The translations under genes were made by a program, and so were the position numbers. DNA of 64,000 bases from Gammaproteobacteria bacterium (GTDB taxonomy: Bacteria > Pseudomonadota > Gammaproteobacteria > Steroidobacterales > JBFFHS01). How positions within the stretch are numbered: position 1 is the stretch's first letter; each line of letters starts with the position of its first letter. The DNA is taken from NCBI GenBank assembly GCA_041556855.1, contig JBFFHS010000006.1:819-64818 (forward strand), in the 5' to 3' direction. The notes beneath the pieces were generated by a model that was given only the letters and a program-made list of their open reading frames with translations, made no database searches and was not told the origin of the DNA. Positions 55,767 through 64,000 of the stretch are shown here, piece by piece.

Positions 55767-58048
55767 TGCTCAGTAGCGAACTCGAATACTGTTTGAATGA
55801 GGCTTTTCAGGCGGCGCGGGACAAGCGCCACGAGTTCATCACCGTTGAGCATTTATTGCTGGCGCTGACGGACACGCCGCAGGTTGTGGAGATTTTGCGT
55901 GCCTGCGGTGCGGAGATCGGTCGACTGCGCCGCGAGTTGGAGGATTTCATCGACGAGTCGGCACCGCTATTGCGGGACGATGACGATGCCGACGTCCAGC
56001 CGACCCTGGGTTTTCAGCGAGTGCTGCAGCGGGCCGTGTTCCATGTCCAGTCCAGCGGCCGCAAAGAGGTGACCGCGGCCAACGTTTTGGTTGCTTTGTT
56101 CAGTGAAAAGCAGTCCCAGGCGGTTTATCTGCTGGGCTTGCAGGATATCGCGCGACTGGACGTGGTGAACTATTTATCCCATGGGATCTCCAAGGTGGGC
56201 GATAGTGGTAAGCCCGAGAGTGAGGGGCTTGCGGACGCCGCGGAAGGGGACAAAGAGGACGCTGAAGCCAGTCCGCTGGAGCGTTTCACGACCAATTTGA
56301 ACGAGCAGGCGGAGCAGGGCCGCATCGACCCGCTGATTGGCAGGGAACATGAAATCGAGCGGACCGTGCAGATCCTGTGCCGGCGTCGCAAGAACAACCC
56401 GCTGTTTGTCGGTGAAGCAGGCGTGGGTAAGACCGCGTTGGCCGAGGGTTTGGCGGGGCTCATCGTGGAGGGCCGTGTGCCCGAGGTGCTGAATCAGTCC
56501 ACCATTTACGCGCTGGACATGGGTACGCTGATCGCAGGCACCAAGTACCGGGGTGATTTTGAAAAGCGGCTTAAGGGCGTAGTGGCGGAACTGAAGAAGC
56601 GCCCCGGCTCGATTCTCTTCATCGATGAGATCCATACGGTGATTGGCGCCGGCGCTGCGTCTGGCGGTGTCATGGATGCCTCGAATCTGATCAAGCCGGT
56701 GCTTGCGACCGGGGATCTGCGTTGTATCGGTTCGACCACTTATGCCGAGTACCGGGGTATTTTTGAAAAAGACCACGCCCTGGCGCGTCGCTTTCAAAAG
56801 ATCGATGTGGAAGAGCCGAGCATTGCGGAGACGATCGATATCCTCCGCGGTCTCAAATCGCGCTTTGAGGAGCATCATGGGGTCAGCTATCAGGACGAGG
56901 CACTGGTAGCAGCGGCGGAGCTCGCCAGCAAGCACATCAACGATCGTCATCTCCCCGACAAAGCCATTGATGTGATCGATGAGGCGGGCGCCCACGTGCG
57001 GCTGCAGCCCGAGGATGAACGGCCAAGCTTCATCGACGTGGACGCTATCCAGAATATCGTCGCCAAGATGGCACGCATTCCGGCGCGCACCGTGTCCGCA
57101 TCCGACCGGGATGTGCTGGCGACGCTGGAACGGGATCTGAAGATGGTGATTTTCGGCCAGGACCCAGCCATCGAAGCGCTGACTGCGGCTATTAAGATGT
57201 CCCGCTCGGGTCTGGGCGAAGAACAAAAGCCGGTGGGCTCGTTCCTGTTTGCTGGGCCCACGGGCGTTGGCAAGACCGAGGTCACGCGCCAGTTGGCCCT
57301 GACCATGGGCGTGGAATTGATTCGTTTCGATATGTCTGAGTACATGGAACGCCATACGGTATCGCGGCTCATCGGCGCGCCGCCGGGGTACGTGGGGTTT
57401 GACCAGGGGGGGCTTTTAACCGAGGCCGTAACTAAACATCCCCACGCCGTCCTCTTGCTGGACGAAGTAGAGAAAGCCCATCCGGAGGTCTTCAATCTGC
57501 TGCTGCAGGTCATGGACCATGGCACGCTGACTGACAACAATGGCCGCAAGGCTGATTTCCGCCATGTGATCATCGTGATGACGACGAATGCCGGGGCCCA
57601 GGAAATGAGCCGGGCCTCTATCGGCTTTACCAAGCAGGACCACTCCAGCGACGCGATGGAGGTCCTGAAGAAGATGTTTGCGCCGGAGTTTCGCAACCGG
57701 CTGGATGCCATCATCCAGTTCAGATCTCTGGACGAGCGGTCTATCGCGCGGGTGGTGGACAAGCTGGTGCTGGAGCTGGAGGCGCAGCTGGACAAGAACA
57801 ACGTGACGCTGGAACTGGAACCCGACGCCCGCGCCTGGATTGCGGAGCGCGGCTACGATCCCACCATGGGCGCGCGGCCCATGGCGCGCGTTATCCAGGA
57901 GCACATCAAGCGCCCGCTCGCCGAGGAGCTGTTATTCGGGGCGCTTGTGGATGGTGGCCACGTTCGCATCACCGTGGCGGAGGATGAGGAAAGTCTGCTA
58001 TTGATTCCCGAGCCGGTCACGCCCGAGCTTGAGCACCTGCCGGACTAG
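55766..58048 (+). CDS. clpA: ATP-dependent Clp protease ATP-binding subunit ClpA
   Basis: [36 protein letters not shown]; two AAA+ modules [15 protein letters not shown] and [15 protein letters not shown]. Confidence 0.97.
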   Translation: MLSSELEYCLNEAFQAARDKRHEFITVEHLLLALTDTPQVVEILRACGAEIGRLRRELEDFIDESAPLLRDDDDADVQPTLGFQRVLQRAVFHVQSSGRKEVTAANVLVALFSEKQSQAVYLLGLQDIARLDVVNYLSHGISKVGDSGKPESEGLADAAEGDKEDAEASPLERFTTNLNEQAEQGRIDPLIGREHEIERTVQILCRRRKNNPLFVGEAGVGKTALAEGLAGLIVEGRVPEVLNQSTIYALDMGTLIAGTKYRGDFEKRLKGVVAELKKRPGSILFIDEIHTVIGAGAASGGVMDASNLIKPVLATGDLRCIGSTTYAEYRGIFEKDHALARRFQKIDVEEPSIAETIDILRGLKSRFEEHHGVSYQDEALVAAAELASKHINDRHLPDKAIDVIDEAGAHVRLQPEDERPSFIDVDAIQNIVAKMARIPARTVSASDRDVLATLERDLKMVIFGQDPAIEALTAAIKMSRSGLGEEQKPVGSFLFAGPTGVGKTEVTRQLALTMGVELIRFDMSEYMERHTVSRLIGAPPGYVGFDQGGLLTEAVTKHPHAVLLLDEVEKAHPEVFNLLLQVMDHGTLTDNNGRKADFRHVIIVMTTNAGAQEMSRASIGFTKQDHSSDAMEVLKKMFAPEFRNRLDAIIQFRSLDERSIARVVDKLVLELEAQLDKNNVTLELEPDARAWIAERGYDPTMGARPMARVIQEHIKRPLAEELLFGALVDGGHVRITVAEDEESLLLIPEPVTPELEHLPD

Positions 58049-58263
58049 CGGCCGCGATAAACGATACGCCCTTTGCTCAGGTCATACGGCGTCAATTCCA
58101 CCGTGACCTTATCGCCGGTCAGGATGCGGATGTAGTTTTTTCGCATCTTGCCCGAGATATGGGCTGTGACGATGTGTCCGTTGTCCAGTTCCACACGGAA
58201 GGTTGTGTTGGGCAGCGTTTCCACCACCATGCCTTCCATCTGAATTGCTTCTTCCTTGGCCAT
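58045..58263 (-). CDS. infA: Translation initiation factor IF-1
   Basis: [72 protein letters not shown]. Confidence 0.99.
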   Translation of the reverse strand: MAKEEAIQMEGMVVETLPNTTFRVELDNGHIVTAHISGKMRKNYIRILTGDKVTVELTPYDLSKGRIVYRGR

Positions 58264-58332
58264 GCACCCTCAAAATGACGCCCGCCGGCGGGCGCGAATT
58301 GTTGCATAACCTGTGGAGGCCTTGCAACGCGG

Positions 58333-59094
58333 TCAACGGCGCCACGCCAAGCATTGCGGCATGTGAAGGAACTGCGCAAAGGGTTCGCGCCAGGATCCCG
58401 GGGTGCCCTGTGGCTGACAAAATTGCTGCAACTGTGCGACAAATTCGGCGCGTGGTATCAGCGTGGCGCCCAGGGACTGCAGGTGGGCGGACCAGTCCTG
58501 GCAGTCCAGCAGCACATAATCCTGCTGCTGCAGATAGGCACAAAGATGCGCCAGCGCAATCTTCGAGGCATCCCGCCGTCTGGAGAACATGGACTCGCCG
58601 AAGAACACCCGACCAATGGCTAGACCGTAAATGCCACCTACCAGGCGATCATCCGCCCACACTTCCACCGAGTGACACCAGCCGGACCGGTGTAAGGCCT
58701 GGTAGGCCGCTGCCATCTCAGCGGTGATCCATGTGCCACCGCCGTAACGTCGCGGTTCCGCGCAGTTGGCGATCACCTGATCGAAGGCGCTGTCCGCACT
58801 GCACTGCAATGTACCCTGGCGCAGGGTTCGTGCCAGGCGTCGGCTGACGCGCAGTTCGGCCGGCCGCAGCACGGCGCGCGGATCCGGCGACCACCACAGA
58901 ATCGGTTGACCGTCCTCGTACCAGGGGAAGATGCCGCGGGGATAGGCTGTTAGCAGCCGCTCTGCGGAAAGATCGCCGCCCGCGGCCAGCAGGCCGTTGG
59001 GGTTTTCCAGGGCGTGGGCGACGGGCGGGAAGGCGTCCGGCGGATCGCTGGCGGACAGCCAGGCGATACCCGTGTGGCCGCGGCCGTTACGCAT
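58333..59094 (-). CDS. aat: Leucyl/phenylalanyl-tRNA--protein transferase
   Basis: FPPVAHALENPNGLLAAGGDLSAERLLTAYPRGIFPWYEDGQPILWWSPDPR; GVYGLAIGRVFFGESMFS-type motif (GIYGLAIGRVFFGESMFSRRRDASKIALAHL). Confidence 0.97.
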   Translation of the reverse strand: MRNGRGHTGIAWLSASDPPDAFPPVAHALENPNGLLAAGGDLSAERLLTAYPRGIFPWYEDGQPILWWSPDPRAVLRPAELRVSRRLARTLRQGTLQCSADSAFDQVIANCAEPRRYGGGTWITAEMAAAYQALHRSGWCHSVEVWADDRLVGGIYGLAIGRVFFGESMFSRRRDASKIALAHLCAYLQQQDYVLLDCQDWSAHLQSLGATLIPRAEFVAQLQQFCQPQGTPGSWREPFAQFLHMPQCLAWRR

Positions 59095-60250
59095 CAGTCA
59101 CCTGGCGCCGATAGGGCACGTGCGCGGACATCTCGTCCATGTAGGCGTCAATGTGCATGCGTTCCCGCTGTAGGAAATCCGCGACAGCGCTCTGGAAGGC
59201 AGCATCCGCTAACCAATGTCCAGACCAGGTAGCCTGGGGTCGAAAGCCTCGGCTGAGCTTGTGCTCACCCTGCGTGCCTGGTTCAAAGCGAGACAGACCT
59301 TCCCGAATACAAAAGTCTATACCCTGGTAGTAGCAGGTCTCGAAGTGCAGGCTATGAAAATCCGCCAGGCTGCCCCAGTAGCGGCCATACAGCGTGTCGG
59401 CGCTGCGAAAGCAGATGGCGGCAGCGATGGGCTGGTTTTCGAAGCTGGCCAGGAAAATGATGACCGAATCGGCCATGGTTTTGCGTACCTCATCGAAAAA
59501 CGCGCGGTTCAGGTAGGGCGGTCTGCCCCGCCGCAGGAAGGTGCGCGAATAAAAACCGAACACCGCTTCCCACTCCAAATCCGTGGGCTCGTCACCGCGC
59601 AGCACCTTGAACTGGATGCCCTGTTCAGCGATGCGGCGTCGCTCTCGACGGGTATTTTTGCGCTTTTTGGCAGTAAAGGTGCTGAGGAATTCTTCGAAGT
59701 CCCCATAGCCATGATTGTGCCAATGGAACTGACAGTCCTTGCGCAGCATCAATCCACGGGCTTGCAGCGCCGCGTGCTCCGCGGGGTCGGGGAAGAGCAC
59801 GTGCAGTGAGGATACTCGCTGCTGCTCGGCCACCTCGAGGGCAGCATCCAGCAAGGTGGTGGCGGTGGCAGCCGGGGCATCGGATGCCATCAGCAATCGT
59901 GTCCCCGTGGCGGGGGTAAAAGGTACCGCGGAGACGAGCTTCGGATAGTACGACAGCCCGGCCTGGTTGTAGGCGTTAGCCCAGCCCCAGTCAAAGACGA
60001 ATTCGCCCCAGGAGTTGTCCTTGAGATAGAGCGGCAGGGCACCCACCATGCGATCGTGGTTATCCCATAGCGTCACGTGCTGGGGTTGCCAGCCGCTCGC
60101 GGCGCTGGCACAGCCGTGCCGTTCCATGGCCGAAAGGAATTCGTGGCGAAGGAATACGTCATCCCCGGCCAGCGCGTTCCATGCGTCTGCCGGAATGTCG
60201 GCTATGCTGTCGTGGCGATGCCAGCCGGCTGCCAAGGGGCGCGCTGCCAT
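59087..60250 (-). CDS. FemAB/GNAT-like protein (peptidogalycan biosynthesis-type family, DUF482-like)
   Basis: DDVFLRHEFLSAMERHGCASAASGWQPQHVTLWD; GWANAYNQAGLSYYPKLVSAVPFTPATGTRLL; KKRKNTRRERRRI; GTQGEHKLSRGFRP. Confidence 0.85.
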   Translation of the reverse strand: MAARPLAAGWHRHDSIADIPADAWNALAGDDVFLRHEFLSAMERHGCASAASGWQPQHVTLWDNHDRMVGALPLYLKDNSWGEFVFDWGWANAYNQAGLSYYPKLVSAVPFTPATGTRLLMASDAPAATATTLLDAALEVAEQQRVSSLHVLFPDPAEHAALQARGLMLRKDCQFHWHNHGYGDFEEFLSTFTAKKRKNTRRERRRIAEQGIQFKVLRGDEPTDLEWEAVFGFYSRTFLRRGRPPYLNRAFFDEVRKTMADSVIIFLASFENQPIAAAICFRSADTLYGRYWGSLADFHSLHFETCYYQGIDFCIREGLSRFEPGTQGEHKLSRGFRPQATWSGHWLADAAFQSAVADFLQRERMHIDAYMDEMSAHVPYRRQVTDA

Positions 60251-60346
60251 ATGGTGAAAGAGTCTCTGGATTCGTGAAGGCTTGCAGTCGTGCCATACTA
60301 TGCCAGAGGCTGGAATGCGGCGGCAGAGGGCTCTGGGGTCTGCTGG

Positions 60347-60374
60347 TTGGCTCCCGGTCTTTTTCGCTTATAAT
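60347..60374 (+). promoter_or_regulatory. Candidate ftsK promoter
   Basis: TTGGCT (60347-60352) - 16 nt - TATAAT (60369-60374). Confidence 0.5.
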
Positions 60375-60415
60375 CAGCTCGTTAAAGCTTACTCGTGCAG
60401 TGATGCCTGAAACGC

Positions 60416-62707
60416 GTGGCTAAGACCACCACTCATTCCCGGGTACACCTGGTCGTACCCGGAATCCGGACCCTGCGCGAGTCAGCGCTATGGGTATTCG
60501 CGGGCCTCGCCCTCATTCTGCTGGTGGCGCTGGGCAGTTACAATCCGCTGGATCCTGCCTTCAGCGTGGCGGGCGACGCCCGGCCAGTCACAAACCGCAT
60601 CGGGCCCGCCGGTGCCTGGTTTGCCGACCTGGCGTTCATGTTGTTCGGTCGTCCCGCCTTTCTGTTTCCCGCCCTGGTGTTCCTGCTGGGCTGGCTGGTA
60701 TTTCGCCAGCGCCGCAGTGCTGAGCCGATCAACCGTGCTGCGCTGGCCACGCGCACTGGCGGTTTCCTGCTGACCCTGGTGACGAGTTGCGGCTTGGCGA
60801 CGCTGCATTTCGCGCCAGGCATCATGCGCGAAACCGCTGGCGGTATTGTCGGTCAACTGGTGGGCGGCGGCCTGCAGTCCATCTTGAGTCTGCTGGGCGG
60901 CACGGTGTTGCTGCTGGTGTTGTGGCTTGCAGCTGTGTCGTTATTCACGGGCGTCTCCTGGCTTGCGGTCATGGACCGTCTCGGCCGGGCCGTTTTCACG
61001 CTCGCGGCTGTGGCGGAAAACGCCGTGGAGCGCCTGCGCACGCTCCTGGCAGCGCGCCAGGCGCGCCAGGCTCGCCAGGAAGTCGTTACCGCGACCCGCG
61101 CCCTGGTCAAGCATAAAGAAGCACCCCGCATCGAGCCGAGCCTGGGTAAACCGGAGGCGAGTCGAAGGGCGGAGCGGGAACGTCAGGTGCCGCTGTTTAC
61201 GCCGCCGAGCAGCACCGCGCTGCCGCCGCTGTCCCTGCTGGATGATCCGCCGGCGGCGGAGGGTGGCTATTCCGCTGAAGCGCTGGAGGCGATGTCGCGA
61301 CTGGTAGAGCTGAAGCTGGCGGACTTCGGCATCGACGTGGAGGTCGTGGCCGTCCACCCGGGCCCCGTCGTGACGCGTTTCGAGTTGCGCCCCGGTCCCG
61401 GCGTCAAGGTCAGCCAGATCAGCAACCTGGCCAAGGACTTGGCCCGGTCCCTGTCGGTAGTCAGCGTGCGGGTGGTGGAAGTTATTCCCGGCAAGCCGGT
61501 GGTTGGTCTGGAGATCCCCAATGAGTCGCGCGAGATAGTCAGTCTCGGTGAGATTATCAAGTCCCGCGCCTATGACGAGCTTAAGGCACCCCTGACTCTC
61601 GCGCTGGGCAAGGACATCAGCGGTCAGCCGCTTGTGGCGGACCTGGCGCGGATGCCTCATTTGTTGATTGCCGGTACGACGGGCTCAGGTAAATCAGTGG
61701 CGATCAACGCCATGGTGCTGAGCTTGCTGTACAAGTCGTCGCCGGAACATGTACGGCTCATCATGATTGACCCCAAGATGCTGGAATTGTCGGTCTATGA
61801 AGGCATCCCTCATCTGCTGGCGCCGGTCGTGACAGACATGAAAGAAGCGGCCAACGCGCTGCGCTGGTGCGTGGCCGAGATGGAGCGGCGGTACGCGCTG
61901 ATGGCCGGCCTGGGCGTGCGCAACATCGGCGGCTACAACCGCAAAGTCAGTGACGCGATCGACAAGGGTCAGCCGATCGCCGATCCCACCTGGACGGTTG
62001 ATCCCGATGATCCGGATAGCCAGGCGGAGAGCCTGGAGCCGCTGCCCTACATCGTGGTGATCATCGACGAGCTGGCCGACATGATGATGCTGGTGGGTAA
62101 GAAGGTGGAGGAGCTGATTGCCCGCCTCGCGCAGAAGGCGCGCGCATCCGGCATTCACATGATTATTGCCACCCAGCGACCGTCCGTGGATGTGATCACT
62201 GGATTGATCAAGGCCAACATTCCGTCGCGGATTGCCTTTCAAGTGTCCGCAAAGGTGGACTCGCGAACCATCCTGGACCAGATCGGGGCCGAGCATCTTC
62301 TGGGCCACGGCGATATGCTGTTCCTTCCGTCGGGCACTTCCATGCCCACTCGCATTCACGGCGCCTTCGTGTCCGACGAGGAGGTACATACAGTGGTTGG
62401 GCATCTGCGGGCAAGTGGCAGCCCGGCGTTTATCGAGGAAATTCTCGATGGTCCCAGCGGTCCAACGCCGGGTATGGAGCCGTCTGCGGATGACGATGAC
62501 GCTGAACAGGACCCGCTGTATGACCAAGCTGTGCGGATTGTCACGGAAACGCGCAAAGCATCCATTTCGGGGGTGCAGCGCCGTCTCAAAATTGGCTACA
62601 ACCGGGCTGCCCGGATGGTGGAACAGATGGAAGAAGCGGGCCTGGTGGGTCCTCTGCAAGCCAACGGTGCCCGCGAGGTGCTGGCCCCGCCGCCGCCAGC
62701 GGACTAA
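60416..62707 (+). CDS. ftsK: DNA translocase FtsK
   Basis: N-terminal TM domain, [70 protein letters not shown]; C-terminal gamma winged helix [29 protein letters not shown]. Confidence 0.97.
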   Translation: MAKTTTHSRVHLVVPGIRTLRESALWVFAGLALILLVALGSYNPLDPAFSVAGDARPVTNRIGPAGAWFADLAFMLFGRPAFLFPALVFLLGWLVFRQRRSAEPINRAALATRTGGFLLTLVTSCGLATLHFAPGIMRETAGGIVGQLVGGGLQSILSLLGGTVLLLVLWLAAVSLFTGVSWLAVMDRLGRAVFTLAAVAENAVERLRTLLAARQARQARQEVVTATRALVKHKEAPRIEPSLGKPEASRRAERERQVPLFTPPSSTALPPLSLLDDPPAAEGGYSAEALEAMSRLVELKLADFGIDVEVVAVHPGPVVTRFELRPGPGVKVSQISNLAKDLARSLSVVSVRVVEVIPGKPVVGLEIPNESREIVSLGEIIKSRAYDELKAPLTLALGKDISGQPLVADLARMPHLLIAGTTGSGKSVAINAMVLSLLYKSSPEHVRLIMIDPKMLELSVYEGIPHLLAPVVTDMKEAANALRWCVAEMERRYALMAGLGVRNIGGYNRKVSDAIDKGQPIADPTWTVDPDDPDSQAESLEPLPYIVVIIDELADMMMLVGKKVEELIARLAQKARASGIHMIIATQRPSVDVITGLIKANIPSRIAFQVSAKVDSRTILDQIGAEHLLGHGDMLFLPSGTSMPTRIHGAFVSDEEVHTVVGHLRASGSPAFIEEILDGPSGPTPGMEPSADDDDAEQDPLYDQAVRIVTETRKASISGVQRRLKIGYNRAARMVEQMEEAGLVGPLQANGAREVLAPPPPAD

Positions 62708-62717
62708 GGCGCAACCC

Positions 62718-63341
62718 GTGACGTGGCGTTCCGCGTTGGCTGCGATGCTGTCGCTGATGGCGATGGCCCAAGCTGCTCTGTCCGAGCCTGTGGTGCTGGA
62801 TCAGTTCCTGGCTAACACCCAGACTCTGCGGGCTGAATTTCGCCAGGAGCTTCGCGACACCGGGGGCCAGGTGTTAGAAGTGGCCGGCGGTCGTGTTCTG
62901 ATCAAGCGGCCAAATCGATTTCAGTGGCAGTATCAGGAGCCCTATGAGCAGCTGGTGCTGGCCGATGGCGAGCGGCTCTGGATTTACGATAAGGACCTGG
63001 CGCAGGCGAGCGTCGCCCCGATCGGCAGCGCGCTCGCAGCAACTCCGGCGTTGCTGTTGAGCGGTGAACGGGTTGTCAGCGATGACTTTGAGCTGCAAGC
63101 GTCATTCAGCCGCGATGGCTTGGAGTGGGTGCTGCTCAAGCCCCGACTCGTCAGTGCCGATTTCACTAGTCTGGCCCTGGCCTTCGAGGCGGATGATCTG
63201 AAATTCATGGAACTGACGGACAATCTGGATCAGGTGACCTTTATTGAGTTCTCCAACCTGGAGCGCAATCCGCAGTTGAGCGAAGACCTGTTTCGCTTCC
63301 GAGTGCCGCCGGGCGTGGATGTGATCGGCGAGGGCGGCTGA
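62718..63341 (+). CDS. lolA: Outer membrane lipoprotein carrier protein LolA
   Basis: LDQFLANTQTLRAEFRQELRDTGG..., GRVLIKRPNRFQWQYQEPYEQLVLADGERLWIYDKDLAQA; probable GTG start 62718. Confidence 0.93.
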   Translation: MTWRSALAAMLSLMAMAQAALSEPVVLDQFLANTQTLRAEFRQELRDTGGQVLEVAGGRVLIKRPNRFQWQYQEPYEQLVLADGERLWIYDKDLAQASVAPIGSALAATPALLLSGERVVSDDFELQASFSRDGLEWVLLKPRLVSADFTSLALAFEADDLKFMELTDNLDQVTFIEFSNLERNPQLSEDLFRFRVPPGVDVIGEGG

Positions 63342-63346
63342 CAGCG

Positions 63347-63742
63347 ATGCGGCCGCTCAAGGCACCCTGGCTGTGGTTGGCGCTGGGCTGGCTGCTGGTG
63401 GCAGGTACCTGTTTCGCCAGCCTAGTGCCAGGGGATCGCCTCCCCGTGCCGGGGGGGCACGACAAGATGCTTCACATTGTGACCTATTGTTTGCTCATGA
63501 TCTGGTTCGCCGGAATCTATCGTGTGGGACGCTTTCCGTTTATCGCCGGCGGCTTGTTGCTGTTGGGTCTGGCATTGGAGTTCGGTCAGCGGCTGGTCGC
63601 GTCCCGCACCTTCGACGGGTTTGATGTGGCGGCCAATGCGCTCGGCATTGTTCTGGGCGTGGTACTGGCGATGACGGTCTTGGGCGGCTGGTGCCAGCGG
63701 GTAGAGGGTTGGTTTTTCGGCAAGCCATCGAGGGCGTCTTGA
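63347..63742 (+). CDS. VanZ-like membrane protein
   Basis: [21 protein letters not shown]...[32 protein letters not shown]. Confidence 0.8.
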   Translation: MRPLKAPWLWLALGWLLVAGTCFASLVPGDRLPVPGGHDKMLHIVTYCLLMIWFAGIYRVGRFPFIAGGLLLLGLALEFGQRLVASRTFDGFDVAANALGIVLGVVLAMTVLGGWCQRVEGWFFGKPSRAS

Positions 63743-64000
63743 GCGCTGACGCGCCGCTGGCGGCCGGCCATCGGGTGCCCCTGGCCGAGCGGGCTCGACC
63801 CCGCATTGCCGCAGCCTTTATCGGCCAGGCTCACCTCGTTGGGCCCGGCAGACCCCTTGCCGCGATGCTCGCGGGCAAGGCACTGCAATCGCTGATCCTT
63901 TGGGGGCCCCCCGGTACCGGTAAGACCACCCTGGCGCGCCTCATGGCGACAGTGTCGGAAGCCGAGTTCATCAGCCTCTCAGCAGTGATGGCGGGTGTTA
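63739..64000 (+). CDS. rarA: Replication-associated recombination protein RarA/MgsA, N-terminal fragment cut by window edge
   Basis: [73 protein letters not shown]; TTG start overlapping VanZ stop. Confidence 0.9.
   Translation, partial: MSADAPLAAGHRVPLAERARPRIAAAFIGQAHLVGPGRPLAAMLAGKALQSLILWGPPGTGKTTLARLMATVSEAEFISLSAVMAGV

Noticed and set aside
56174-57355. 393-aa minus-strand ORF opposite clpA
   Set aside because: Shadow ORF of clpA; no start region, SD or domain.
61050-61080. Short tandem-like repeat GCGCCAGGC/GCGCGCCAGG/CTCGCCAGG in ftsK
   Set aside because: Encodes the linker [11 protein letters not shown]; too short and coding-explained to be a CRISPR or structural repeat.
61694-62659. 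321-aa minus-strand ORF opposite ftsK
   Set aside because: Antisense to the conserved FtsK motor domain; His/Arg-rich composition only.
1-64000. Search by eye for CRISPR arrays, tRNA/rRNA genes, attachment sites, transposases, toxin-antitoxin or defence islands
   Set aside because: None recognised; nearly all sequence is covered by conserved housekeeping genes. A tRNAscan, Infernal and DefenseFinder run would be needed for a definitive negative.

Overview
The window is a dense, housekeeping-type stretch of a GC-rich gammaproteobacterial chromosome. I see about 55 protein genes and no clear rRNA, tRNA, CRISPR array, prophage or transposon. Recognisable blocks, left to right: rpoE(end)-rseA-rseB-rseC-glutaredoxin-lepA-lepB-DUF4845-rnc-era-recO-pdxJ-acpS; PolB-type 3'-5' exonuclease, rlmD, L,D-transpeptidase, nagZ, MTIP phosphorylase, a PAS/degenerate-GGDEF protein, csiV and mfd; sfsA; two tandem lolC/E-type permeases plus lolD; comEC, exbB-exbD-msbA-lpxK-kdsB; glycerate kinase; LMW phosphatase; rne (with a long leader) divergent from rluC; maf; yceD-rpmF-plsX-fabH; LysM L,D-transpeptidase and an alanine-zipper lipoprotein; lexA-imuA-imuB-dnaE2 mutagenesis cassette with two perfect SOS boxes; gspC-D-E-F of a type II secretion system; clpS-clpA-infA-aat plus a FemAB/GNAT-like protein; ftsK-lolA-vanZ-like-rarA(start). 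I found no convincing new multi-gene system. The observations most worth a second look are regulatory or protein-level: operator-like nested inverted repeat before sfsA, terminator-like hairpin in the rne leader, three genes whose apparent promoters predict (near-)leaderless mRNAs, loss of the zinc tetracysteine motif in GspE, a degenerate GGDEF protein, a small acidic protein convergent with dnaE2, a BamE-like small exported protein next to mfd, and an unusual start for rnc. Family calls come from reading the protein sequences; no database search was run.
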